From NCBI GenBank assembly GCA_025594325.1, contig JANHCV010000003.1, forward strand, positions 1,922,001-1,986,000: 64,000 bases of DNA, read 5' to 3'. The notes under the pieces were generated by a model. It worked only from the letters and a program-made list of their open reading frames with translations, did not search any database and was not told where the DNA came from. Source of the DNA: Blastocladiella emersonii ATCC 22665. Lineage: Eukaryota; Fungi; Blastocladiomycota. Made by a program: the position numbers and the translations under genes. This document shows positions 12,124 to 22,986 of the stretch, in pieces (position 1 is the stretch's first letter; each line of letters begins with the position of its first letter).

Positions 12124-12233
12124 GTTGACATTGCCATGACTTGCAAGCGGTGACGAGCTCCGTGATAGACTCAGGGAGCAGGAGCTCAAACGCGCGATGG
12201 AAGAGAAAAATGCCCCCGAAACGCGAACGGAAC

Positions 12234-12267
12234 ATCACGTGGGAGACGCGTCGGGCGGCGCGAGACA
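12234..12267. promoter_or_regulatory. Composite ATCACGTG (E-box) + GCGAGACA element, copy 1
   Basis: ATCACGTG at 12234-12241 and GCGAGACA at 12260-12267, about 110 bp upstream of the receptor ATG in the divergent promoter shared with the aminotransferase. Confidence 0.4.
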
Positions 12268-12707
12268 GCGGGGGAGACGTTTCAGACCCACGTGCGGGTC
12301 AGTGGCGCGACCACCGCGACGCGTGCGGACAGAGGGTACGGAATGGTGCTCATAAGACCGCTATGTACGGTAACTAACCGATCCCGCGCATCTCCGCCGC
12401 AATGAACGGCGCACTCTCAGGATGACGGGCACTGCCCTGCGCAAAATGAACCCGAGGACTTGGAGCGTGGCGCAAATAACCTTCGCGAGCTACCAGTTGC
12501 GTCCTGTGGCGCTCCTCGTCGGTCAATTGTCGTGAGAACGATGTGTACCGCAAAGAGAGATTACGGCCACCAGTTTAGCTTGCGGGACGTGAGTGCGGCT
12601 GAATCCCATGTGTGCCCTCCGACTCAGGGCGAACCAATTGTCTATGAGCTGCCTTCAAGTAGCAAGGATCGCCCGCGCGAGAGCACACTCGACAACTAAG
12701 CACTAAC

Positions 12708-14918
12708 ATGGAAGCTATCGATCGAGTACTTGACAAGCCCGCTCGGTCCTTCTCGGTCCCCGGCCTCACACCCTCGGTCAAGTCGGCCTCCTCGCTCCTT
12801 CCGGCGCCGCTGCGCGTCGAAGCTGTCCGCAAGGCCGTCATCGGCCGCAAGGCGACCTTCACGACACCGCTCGGGTTCAAGCGCCGCATCACGTACTGTG
12901 ACTATTTTGCGTCAGGCAAGCCGCTGGCCTTCATCGAGGACTTCATGCGCAACGAGGTGCTGCCGTACTATGCCAACACGCACACGACGACCACGGTCAC
13001 GGCCGAACGTACCGGTGCCCTTCGCGAGGCCGCGCGCGCCGAGATTCTGCGCGCGGTCAATGGTGTTCCTCAGCCTCGAGAACCTTCGATTGCTCGCGTC
13101 GACGAGGGCGTTTGCGATGTTGCAGCCCCGCCGCTTGCTGGCATCGGGTCCAACTACTTGGCCAACCTCGGTACCTCGTCCATCTCGGCGCACACGGTCC
13201 CCGCCCGCCCCAACACGCACTACACGGTCCTGTTCACGGGCAGTGGCAGCACGGCCGCGATCCAGCACCTCCTTCTCACGCTGCGCCTGCACGACGGCGC
13301 CGTGTGGCCTGGACCGCGCCGTCCGGTCGTCCTGACGTCCATCATGGAGCACCACTCGAACCTACTCCCGTGGCGCGAGTCGCACTGCGACGTGATCACG
13401 CTGCCCGTCGTCAACAACGGCCGCGCGCTCGACCTGGTCGCGCTCGAGTCGGCTTTGTGTAAGGCGACGGCCGCGGGTGCGCCACTCATCGTCGGCAGCT
13501 TCTCGGCCGGGTCGAACGTGACGGGTATCCCGATCGACGTGCGCCCCGTCGCGCGCCTGCTGCACCGGTATGGCGCACTCGCGTGCTTCGACTACGCGGG
13601 CGTCGGCGCGTACGTCGACATCGACATGCAGGGCTCCGACCCTGTTTTCGATCCGCTCGGCTATCTCGACGCCGTGTACCTCAGCCCGCACAAGTTTATG
13701 GGTGGTCCTGGTACGCCCGGCGTGCTCGTGATCCGCACTGCGCTTCTCGCAGCCAACAAGGTCCCGGCTCGGCCTGGCGGCGGCGCCGTGTGCTTCGTGA
13801 GCCAGACGACCCAGAACTACCTTCACCACGATCTTGCTGACCGCGAGGAGGCCGGCACGCCCGCGATTCTCGAGGCGATCCGGTGTGGGCTCGCGTTCCG
13901 CACCAAGGCGTGCATTGGTACCGACACGATTCACGCGCTCGAATCGCGCATCTCACGCGCTAGTCTGGATCGGCTGACGGTGCACCCGCACATCCAGGTG
14001 CTCGGCGACACGACCGGCGACCGGGTCCCCGTCTTTTCGCTTCTCGTTTCGTCGCCGCTGCCAGGCCTTCTTCTACACCACAACTTTGTCTCAGCGGTGC
14101 TCAACGACGTGTTCGGGATCCAGTCGCGCGGCGGGTGCATGTGCGCGGGACCGTACTTCGAGGTCCTCAGCGCTTCGACTCGCAATCGGATCGCACTCAT
14201 GGAGCGGCTGTTCAACCACGACGATGCGGTCCGCGCCGAGGCGCTGCGTGGCTGTCCTTCCAGCTGTTCGTGTGGTGCTAGTAGCTCGACTCCGCTCTTC
14301 ATCGATTCGCTTCGCCACGGATTTCTGCGCTTCTCGTTCAACTACTTCACGGCCCCGCACGAGGTCGAGTACGTGCTGCGCGCCGTCGAGTGGGTCGCGA
14401 CACACGGCTACAAGCTGCTGCCGCTGTACCGCGTCGATCCCGCCAACGCCAAGTGGACGCCGCGGCTGCCCGTCGGCGAGATCGTCGACATGGTGCGCGG
14501 TGCCTCATCGGGCGAGCTCGCGGGTGTCTCCTCGACTCGGGCATCGGTGTCGAGCAGTATCACCGATTTGCTGTCGACGACTTCGGCGCGCAGTCTCGGT
14601 CAACTTGCTTCTTGGCAGCGCGCGGCGTTCGACGACGCGAACCGACTCATCAACAACTCGCGCTTTATTGCTTTGTGCCGAGGGATTCGCGACGAGCTGT
14701 CCAAGGAGCTCGAGCACGACTTTGGGCGCCCCGAGGTCGCCGCTGTCGCGCGCCTGCGCTGGTGGATGCACCCGTCCGAGGCGTGCGAGATTGTCCTCCG
14801 CCAGGGCAACGATCGGGCGGGCGACTTGACTTTGACTCGGAGTGGCAAGTCGAAGCAGGGGCTCGCTGCTCGGTTCCTCGCGAGCGTCAAGCGGTCGGCG
14901 TCGCTGCAGAGCTTGTGA
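12708..14918 (+). CDS. Class V PLP-dependent aminotransferase / cysteine desulfurase-like protein, copy 1 (intronless)
   Basis: TYCDYFASGKPLAFIEDF, YANTHT, LFTGSGST, MEHHSNLLPW, FDYAG, PLP-lysine motif SPHKFMGGPG, EEAGTP and GIQSRGGCMCAGPY (candidate catalytic Cys). Confidence 0.9.
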   Translation: MEAIDRVLDKPARSFSVPGLTPSVKSASSLLPAPLRVEAVRKAVIGRKATFTTPLGFKRRITYCDYFASGKPLAFIEDFMRNEVLPYYANTHTTTTVTAERTGALREAARAEILRAVNGVPQPREPSIARVDEGVCDVAAPPLAGIGSNYLANLGTSSISAHTVPARPNTHYTVLFTGSGSTAAIQHLLLTLRLHDGAVWPGPRRPVVLTSIMEHHSNLLPWRESHCDVITLPVVNNGRALDLVALESALCKATAAGAPLIVGSFSAGSNVTGIPIDVRPVARLLHRYGALACFDYAGVGAYVDIDMQGSDPVFDPLGYLDAVYLSPHKFMGGPGTPGVLVIRTALLAANKVPARPGGGAVCFVSQTTQNYLHHDLADREEAGTPAILEAIRCGLAFRTKACIGTDTIHALESRISRASLDRLTVHPHIQVLGDTTGDRVPVFSLLVSSPLPGLLLHHNFVSAVLNDVFGIQSRGGCMCAGPYFEVLSASTRNRIALMERLFNHDDAVRAEALRGCPSSCSCGASSSTPLFIDSLRHGFLRFSFNYFTAPHEVEYVLRAVEWVATHGYKLLPLYRVDPANAKWTPRLPVGEIVDMVRGASSGELAGVSSTRASVSSSITDLLSTTSARSLGQLASWQRAAFDDANRLINNSRFIALCRGIRDELSKELEHDFGRPEVAAVARLRWWMHPSEACEIVLRQGNDRAGDLTLTRSGKSKQGLAARFLASVKRSASLQSL

Positions 14919-15345
14919 CCAGCCGGAGAACATGATTGATCAGTATGCATCTAGATTTTTTTCGTGATAAAGCAGCGTACTGAAAGTTTCTTACGTTGTG
15001 GAGTTGTGAATGATTTGAACGCGACGCGGCTGGTTGAGGCGCAACGCGTCGCGTTTCACCTTCACATGCAATCCGAGGGCGCGTCGCGACTTCCGAACCA
15101 AGGCGCATCTAGGGTGGACCTCAGATCCGCCTCGCCGGAACGAGCAGCATCTCGCCCCTCTTCCGATTGGAACCTTTCGCGCACTCCTCGACTTCGAACT
15201 GTACTTGCGCTGCCACAATGGTGATAGCGATGGCAACCCGGCAGAGCAGTCCCCCAATGGCATTGTGCGGTGCGAACTGGTGACGGGCTGTGGCGCCGCG
15301 TGGGTTGCTCTCGTCCTGTCGGCTCGACTGTTCGGTCAAATTAAG

Positions 15346-15906
15346 CTATGCGGTGAACGTGGCCGCAGGTGGGCGGGATCGACGATGGGAACAAGCAGTT
15401 AAAATCTCGCTGAGGTCCGAGGGGCCGTCCATCCTCGTATCCACCGCGAATTCAAACGCCGGGACATTCTTGACCACCGCCTTACCCGTGGGCGCCCGGA
15501 GCGCTTCGACCGAGGCGGCGAAGTCTCGGAGCTTGGGCAGGATCAGGGCGTGACGGCGAAACAGCCTGGCCGCCATGGTCCGCGTGCGCGTCAAACGTGC
15601 GCAGCGCTCGTCGGCGTCGCTCACATTTTTCTGGCGGCGGATGAAGGCCTCGTGGGAGTCCATCTGGATGTACCACGCTCGGATGACGAGAGGAAGCCGC
15701 TTGAGTTGAGGAAGCGCAATCTCGGTCAGATACGAGATCTTGAACGCCAGCGGACCGCGGAACTTGTACGGTGGCCGCAGCTGACGCGTTTCGGTCGTCG
15801 TTCCAGTTGAGGGCACGGCCGTCACGTTGCACGGCGCGCCGACCATGGCCGTGGGGCTGTGTGCATGCGATGAAACGAATGATTGCAGTAACAGTGTGTC
15901 CGCCAT
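15346..15906 (-). CDS. Hypothetical orphan protein in a lower-GC island
   Basis: Open frame MADTLLLQSF...RLPLVIRAWYIQMDSHEAF... with protein-like composition and no recognisable family. Start and 3' end are uncertain. Confidence 0.3.
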   Translation of the reverse strand: MADTLLLQSFVSSHAHSPTAMVGAPCNVTAVPSTGTTTETRQLRPPYKFRGPLAFKISYLTEIALPQLKRLPLVIRAWYIQMDSHEAFIRRQKNVSDADERCARLTRTRTMAARLFRRHALILPKLRDFAASVEALRAPTGKAVVKNVPAFEFAVDTRMDGPSDLSEILTACSHRRSRPPAATFTA

Positions 15907-16184
15907 GTTTGCTGTTTGAGTAAATGCACCGCGGGAGCCGAATGCCGAGAGCGCGGAGCTGTCGCTCAATGTTGAGAACACTCGATGTATGCACTGCCAG
16001 CCGTGCAGGGCTTGCGGGAGTCACGAAGCATCACATGAGTTCGGTGCCGCCGGCGCGCCAATGTGGACGCTCAGAAACACAAGTGATGTTAAAAGACACG
16101 GGCATTGACGATAAGCTCAAGTGGATGCAGTTAGTAGCGTTCCTGGGGTCCTCGAACGGGCCCGATCCGCAAGGGTCAGGGACG

Positions 16185-16228
16185 CGTCGATCAATCACGT
16201 GGGACGCGTGAGACAAAAGTGTCTCGCG
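16185..16228. promoter_or_regulatory. Composite ATCACGTG + GCG(T/C)GAGACA element, copy 2
   Basis: CGTCGATCAATCACGTG at 16185-16201, then GCGTGAGACA-AAAG-TGTCTCGCG, a near-palindromic pair. Confidence 0.45.
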
Positions 16229-16398
16229 GCCTTGCTCACCAGCCCCCTGCTGCTCACCACCGCCGAGGAATAGATCGTCCGCAACCTGAAGTTTAGATCA
16301 GCGAGTTGTTGGCAGCTCAGTGCTATACCCTTCGGGACTGCTGTATAAGGACTGTCGCCGAGCATCGCGACTCGTCACTCTTCAAGGTTGCCTTTGAC

Positions 16399-18320
16399 CT
16401 ACAGATCCCATTCATCGAGCCCAAACAAATCGTCCTCGAGCGCGCCATCATCAAGCACTCCAGGCTCCCACTTCTCCGCGGCATCCCCCGCCGCCGCCGC
16501 CGCTGCTGCCGCGGACCCCGCCCCCGCCGCTCCCACCGCCCCATTCGCCGCATCACACTCCGCCTCGAGCTCCGCAAGATCAACCTCGATCCCACACCCG
16601 AGGACGCGGTCGACCTCCGCATTCACGAGCGCGGGCGTGAGCTCGGGCCACGTCCCGCGGACGCGTTCCGTAACCATCGCACGCGCCGCGACGCGCGCGT
16701 GCCAGACGGTCTGCGCCGCCGTGATCCGCGTATTCCGCTCCTCGAGAGCGAGGGCGCGCGCGCGCAGGGCGTGGGCGGCGCGGGTCGCGGAGACGTGCGC
16801 GGCGTGGGCGCGCGCGAGGTACGCGACGTACGCGCGCGCGGTGCGGTCGGCGGCGGCGGGCGCGGTGGTGGGTGGAAGCGGTGGGGGCGGCGGGACGTGC
16901 AGGACCGACGGCGGCTGCGCGTAGTGGTGGCTGGTGAAGGTCGAAGCGGTGGCCGGGGTGGTGATGGAGGGCGCGGCGACGGTGCTCGCGCGCTGCGTTC
17001 GCCGCCGTTTCGTCGGTGGCGGGACGGCGAGGGGCGGGCGGGCGCGGGATGGTGGGGCGGGGCTACGTTCGAGCGGGTCGGGTCAGCGTTAAGGAGACAC
17101 GCAATTCGTCTTGTATGATCGTACGTCTGAGTCTGGCCGTGTGCGTGCGACCACGCCGGCGCGGGGTTGCTGTACTGCGGCGCGGGGTGCCCGTATTGCG
17201 GCGCAGGCATACTGACCGGGATCCCGCGCCCAGCGTGCGTGGGCGACGTGACGGGCCGGCCGCGGAGCTCGCTCGCGACCGCCGCGCGGACCGATGGCGC
17301 GGACGTCGGGACCGGCGCTGGCGTCACGGTCGGTGGCGGTGCCTTAGCCGCAGCTGCTGCCGCCGCCGCAGCAGCCGCCATCGCGGCCTGCGCGGCAGCG
17401 ACGTGCGACGCGACGGCCTCCTGCTGCGCCGAGGTCGGCACGCCCGAGTGGAGCGGCAGCTGGAGCTGCTGCGGCGTGACGAGCGCGGGCGTGCCCTGCC
17501 GCTGCGTCGAGGCGCCCGAGACGGGACCGCTGGCGGTGGCGGACGGTGCGGGTGTCGCGTGGCTGCTGGGCGCGGCGGCGTCGTCCGAGTCGTCGTCGCG
17601 GTGGTCGGGTTCGGACGAAGCAGGGGCCGCCGCAGCTCGAGCTGCTGCCGCGTTGGGGTTCGAGGACGAGGTCGAGGACGCTGAACCACCCGCTCCCGCT
17701 GGTCCGGTCGGCTGCGAAGCCGCCGCAGACGCCGCCTGTGCAGAGGCCCGGGACCCCTTAGCCTGCGGCAGCACAAAGTTCTCGCGGTTCGCCCAGATCG
17801 CGTCGAGGTCCTTGAACCGCCGACACTTGGCCTCGAGGTACTCTTCGAGCTTCGCCTGCCCGTGCTCGGCGGCGATCGCGGCGCCGTGCTCGGCGCGCCA
17901 CGCCCGGACCGACTTGTAGGTGCTGAAGATCTGGCGCAGCTTGTCGCGGACGTCGCCCGTGCTGCGGTGCGCGATACCGACGGCCGCGAGTCGCGCAACG
18001 ACCTCGGCGCACAGAGACTCCTTGGACTCGCCCGTCACGCCGTCCCACCGCGCAAAGTTGCCCGGGGCGATGACCCAGCTCAGCACCAGGTCGCCCGAGC
18101 ACGGCCGGTCGGGCGCCGTCGCGTCCGAGTCCCACGCGATGCGTTTGCGGCGGATGGGGGCCGCCGAGGACACGGGCGCGGCGGCGGCGGCGGCGGCGGC
18201 GAGCTGCAGCGGGTCCGATGCAGCAGAGTGGTGGTGGTGATGGTGGTGGTGCGACGGCGGCGGTTGCTGCGGGTAGTGCAGCGGCGGATGGTGGTGATGG
18301 TGTTGCGGCGGCGGATGCAT
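16399..18320 (-). CDS. Myb/SANT (trihelix)-like putative DNA-binding protein
   Basis: His/Gln-rich N-terminus and the domain RRKRIAWDSD...SGDLVLSWVIAPGNFARWDG...RSTGDVRDKLRQIFSTYKSVRAW...LEAKCRRFKDLDAIW. Intron 17063-17124 joins a C-terminal exon with an NLS-like TKRRR and a helical segment ending DEWDL. Confidence 0.65.
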
Positions 18321-18578
18321 CGAGTCTCAGAGGGTTGGGTGTCGTTACATGCAAGAGTTTGTTGATGATGGGGAGGAGCGAGCCAGGAGGCGCAGCCAAG
18401 GTCCTGGCCAAGGTCCGACCGGTTCGCTCCGACCTCGCCGACCTCCGACCAACTCCCCCCTCTCGCCTCGCAACGCACGATGGTACAGAATGGAGGATAT
18501 ATCAACGAGTGCAAAAAGAACGATGGATGAGACGGCTGAGAAATAAATGAAGGATACCCGGCTTCCAGCAGCACCGAG

Positions 18579-20905
18579 CTAGTACCGGAACTTGTCGAAC
18601 GCGGCGTGGGCCTCCTCGTAGTGGTTTTGCTGGTTATCGACGTCGATGGCAAAGCAGAGGTACGTGGCGTCGACGACGTGCCCGAGCACCTCGCCCCAGA
18701 ACCGCATCACGGCCCACCCGATCCACATGCCAACGACGATGACCGCGCGGGTACTGCTCGGGTCGCCGCCAACGACACCCGTCCCGTCACGGATCTCGCC
18801 GTCGCCGCGCATCGCGGTCACGATCCCGAGCCCGACGATCCCGGATAGGATCGCGTTGCCGAGCAGCAGGACCGCCTGGGTGAACGCGTCGCGCAGCATG
18901 GCCGACGACACGGCGCGCGACAGGAGCCGCGAGCTGGCGCGCGCGCTGGCCACGTACCCGCGGCCCGTGATGGCCGCGTACACGAGCGTGTAGTGGTTGA
19001 CCGTCTCGACGATGCGCGCCGCGATCCCCAACGCGGGGGTGAGGAGCCGCTCGATCCACGACCACGCGACGGCGGCGGGGGCGCCGAGCGGGCCGAGCGC
19101 GGCCGTAGCCGCCGCCGCGAACCGCGCGCCGTGGTCGTCGCCCATGATCCGCGGCCGGATCTGGCGCCGGTACACGCGGTGGGCGAACTGCGCCGCGCGG
19201 ATCACCGTGACGACGAGTCCGCCGGCGCACGCGGTGCCGATGAGGACCGTGGCGGCGCGGTGCAGGGCGCGGCGCGCGCGCTCGGTGCCCGACAGCCGCG
19301 ACGCGTGGCGCGAAAAGTACCAGTGGTGGACGATGCACGCGATGGCCATGCGGTGGACCGCCGCGATCACCTGCGTCGTCCACACCAGCATCACCGTGTA
19401 GAAGAGCAGCGTCGGGGTCCAGTGCAACCCGAGGACCCACGACTCAAGGACGACCGCGGGGTCGGCGATGGAGGGCGACCCGGCGAGCGCGAGGAGGCCT
19501 GCGGTCAGGGCAATGAACCGCGCGACCGTCGCGATCCACAGGACCACGAACACGAGCGACGCGAGGAGCAGGCCGAGCGAGAGCCCGAAGATGGTCGGGT
19601 TGTTGCGCAGGACGTGCGTCGCGAGCTGCAGCACGCGGATCGTGAGCTCGATGTGGTCGCTCTGCAGGTACGTGACGAGCGCGAACACGGTGCCCGTGAC
19701 GACCGTCGTGACGAGGACTAGCACGAGGAACGTGGCCTGCGCGAGCGACGCCTGTGTCGTGGGCGCGGGCTGGAACAGGAGCGCGAGCGCCCAGCCCGTC
19801 AGGCCGATGCACGCGCCCGGGATAAAGAGGACCGTGGCCCACACGATGATGCGGACAAAGGCGCCCATCATCAGGACCCACACGGCGCCGAGTAAGCATG
19901 AGAGAAGGAACACGGAGACGAGGACGGGGATCGCGTCCGAGATGGCGAGCAGGATGGTCGGCCGTGGCACGGCGATGGCCGGTGATGATGGCTACACTCG
20001 CGCGGGAGAGTTAGATGGGCCTTGAGGCGCTGCTGGTAGCGAGTGGAGCGCACCGACGAGGTCAACCAGAGTCCCAAAGAGAGGAACACGAGGGCAACGA
20101 AGCACGACCCGAACAGCACGGCCCAGAACGCGTCGTTGGGCGGGAGCATCGCGAGGTACTGCCGCCATGGCGCAAACGAGGCCTCGTCCTCGGCCACCGG
20201 GCCGACCGCTACCGCTGCGGCGGGCGCCGCTGTTCGATGATGGGGATGGCTTCGTTTTGGCGGTGGCGCCGCGCGCTCCGGGTCACGGCCACCACGGGCC
20301 CACCGCCCGCCGCCCGCGTCGGCCACGGTCGCGTCGGGGTCGTCGTGCTCCTCGGCGAGCAGCGCGTGGTACACGTCGTCCTGGTCGTCGCGCTGCTCGG
20401 CCTGGAAGATGGCGTTGGACTCGGTCATGCGGACGGGGGTCGGGAGCTATTTGGCGGCAAGCAGGTCGGTCAGGGCACGGGTCTGGGTGTGAGAAAGAGC
20501 GAGCGGTTACGAACCCACTTTTCCATGCGGTCATGCAGGTTCTCGGTGCTCTCCTCGAGGTACGCGTCGTCGTCATCGTCGTGGTGTGGGTCGATTAATG
20601 GCTGCTCCGGCGCACGGTAGGCATGGTGGTGGTGCACGGGCGGCGGAGGCGCGGCTAGTGCGGGGCCATCGAACGGGTCGAGGTACGCCTCGTCGTCGTG
20701 GCCGGCGCCCGCCGCGTAGTCCACGTCTACGTCGAGTCGCGAGCGGGTGGTTGGTCCAGGGTCCGGCACTCGCAACAGGTCAGGCCATACCGAACGGGTC
20801 GAGGGCGGGCAGCGATGGGCCGGGCAGCGTAGGCCTTGCGGACGCGGAAGATGCATGGTGGGAGTAGCGTGCGTCCACTGCGGGGAGTGGCGGGTTGAAT
20901 GACAT
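18579..20905 (-). CDS. Choline transporter-like (CTL/SLC44, Pns1 family) membrane protein
   Basis: About 10 hydrophobic segments, with GTACAGGLVVTVI, NHYTLVYAAITGRGYVASA and VDATYLCFAID typical of the CTL family. The acidic N-terminal exons are split by short introns; ATG inferred at 20905. Confidence 0.8.
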
Positions 20906-21163
20906 TGCAGGATGGCGAGAAGTAGAGAGTCCAGTCTTGGCGGGCGGGAGTGTGAAGCGGCCCGCCGAGAGGGACCTGCCCAAATCGACCCGGGATGCCA
21001 TGACGGCGATGACGCGATGGGAGCGGCGCGGCGCGCCCACGCGCGGTCACTCTGCCCTTGCTGCTGCTGCTTGCTGCGCCCGACACGCGTCTCGCGTCGG
21101 GTGTGAGACACTTTTTTAGGGTGAAAAATCGATATCATCAATCACATTCCACGGACACAAAAA

Positions 21164-22666
21164 TTACTCGGTGCACTTGATCGTGTCGTCGCCCGACTCG
21201 TAGATCATGCCGTCGGTGAGGAGGGCGGCGATGGCGTCCTCGGCCTGGTGCGGCTTGACGGCGCCGCCGACCATGCGCACCACCTCCTGCGCCACGAACG
21301 CGCGGCTGGCCCCGTCCGTGTGCACAAACTCGGGCCGCCGCAGCACCGAAATGGTCGCGTTGCGCACCGGGTCGCCGAGATCGGGCTGCCCGGGCGCCAC
21401 AAAGTTGTTGCCCGGACCGCCGCCGCCGTACCCGCCCTGCTGCTGCTGATGCTGCTGCATGCCGCCGCCCATGTTCTGGCCCGGCGGGTTGTAGCCGCCG
21501 CGGTACTGGCCCTGGCCCTGCTGCTGCTGCTGCTGGGGCGGCTGGTACTGGTTGTTGCCGCCGTACCCGGCACCAGGACCGCCGTACCCGGCCTGCGCGC
21601 CGCCGTAGCCCTGGTTCTGCTGTGGCGGCTGGTAGCCCTGGTTCTGGCCGTACCCGCCCTGGGCAGGCGCGCCGCCGTACCCAGCCTGCGCGCCGCCGTA
21701 CCCGGACTGGGCGGGAGCACCGTAGCCGCTGGCCGCGGGGGCAGCGCCGTAGCCCTGCTGCTGGGTCGCGGGCGGCATCTGGCCCGCGCCGGGCTTGCCC
21801 TTGGCGAGCTGCTTGGGGCTCGGCCCACGCGTGGCGACGAGGTGCTGGGCGATGGACTGCATCTGGTGCATGACGATCTCGTTGTAGTCGGTGACGGGGC
21901 GGATAGCGTGGGCGAGGAGGTGGCGGCGGTTGTTCCAGGCCTTGAGCGGGCCGTAGACGCGGACCCAGGCGCCTTCGACGACGTTGGCGAGGGCGCGGCG
22001 CGCCTTGGTGTCGGACCCGTCGCCATTAGCGTTGTTGGAGGTGAGGTACATGCGCACGTCGAAGCCGCCCGAGAAGTCGTGCACCTTGAACGCCGCAAAG
22101 GTGGCCGCCTCGTTGCACCCCGACACCTGGCCGACCACCGACACGAGCGACAGCTCGACGCCGTCCACGACAAACGCGCCGTCGCCGTGCGGCTGCACCG
22201 CGCCCTGCAGCTGCCGCACCGTCAGCGGGCGCACCGTCTGCTCGCGCCCGCGCGGCCGCCCGCCGTCCGCAGCCGCCGACTGCGACGCCTGCTGCGTGAA
22301 CCCGCCGGCGCCAGCGTTGTTGGTGTTGCCGTAGCCCGAGTTGCCGCCGCCGTAGCCCGAGTTCCCGCCGCCGTACGAGTTGTTCCCGCCGCCATACGTG
22401 TTGTTGGATCCGCCATATCCGGCGTTACCGCCGCCATACGAGTTGCTGGCACCCCCACCGTAGCCGCCTCCACCGTAGCTGCCGCCGCCGCCATAGCCAC
22501 CACCGCCGTAGGCGCCCTGGCCCTGCTGCTGCTGCTGCTGGTTGTTGTTGTTGTTGTTGTAGGCCCCACCGCCGCCATATCCCCCACCTCCTCCCCCGTA
22601 GCCGCCGCCGCCGTAGCCGCCGCCGCCGTAGCCACCGCTGCCGTAGCCGCCACCCTGGTTGTACAT
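21164..22666 (-). CDS. RPA2: Replication protein A 32 kDa subunit with extended Gly/Tyr/Asn/Gln-rich regions
   Basis: OB fold QTVRPLTVRQL...VSVVGQV...DFSG...WVRVYGPLKAWNNRRHLLAHAIRPVTDYNEI and C-terminal winged helix AEDAIAALLTDGMIYESGDD. Intronless. Confidence 0.9.
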   Translation of the reverse strand: MYNQGGGYGSGGYGGGGYGGGGYGGGGGGYGGGGAYNNNNNNQQQQQQGQGAYGGGGYGGGGSYGGGGYGGGASNSYGGGNAGYGGSNNTYGGGNNSYGGGNSGYGGGNSGYGNTNNAGAGGFTQQASQSAAADGGRPRGREQTVRPLTVRQLQGAVQPHGDGAFVVDGVELSLVSVVGQVSGCNEAATFAAFKVHDFSGGFDVRMYLTSNNANGDGSDTKARRALANVVEGAWVRVYGPLKAWNNRRHLLAHAIRPVTDYNEIVMHQMQSIAQHLVATRGPSPKQLAKGKPGAGQMPPATQQQGYGAAPAASGYGAPAQSGYGGAQAGYGGAPAQGGYGQNQGYQPPQQNQGYGGAQAGYGGPGAGYGGNNQYQPPQQQQQQGQGQYRGGYNPPGQNMGGGMQQHQQQQGGYGGGGPGNNFVAPGQPDLGDPVRNATISVLRRPEFVHTDGASRAFVAQEVVRMVGGAVKPHQAEDAIAALLTDGMIYESGDDTIKCTE

Positions 22667-22986
22667 TGCAGAGACTGAGAGGTTGGGTTTGGGTTCGAGT
22701 GAGTGAGACTCGCGTCGAGGGGAGCGGCGATCGCGTGCGGGCCGGCTTTTGAAAGCGGAGACGAGCGAGACGGACTCACAGCGCGCCGACCGCGAACCGA
22801 CCGGATTTTTGGCCGACGCGATGCGTCACGCGGCGTCGGGTGACGCGCTCACCCGTGGCCGTCGCGGTCGGTCCCGTTCCCGTTCGCTCGCCGCGGCCCG
22901 CTCCCACCCTCGGCGACCGCCACAACGCAACTCCCCGACACAACTTGCCGCAACCGCACCCCCGACGCGCACGCACACGCAGAACT

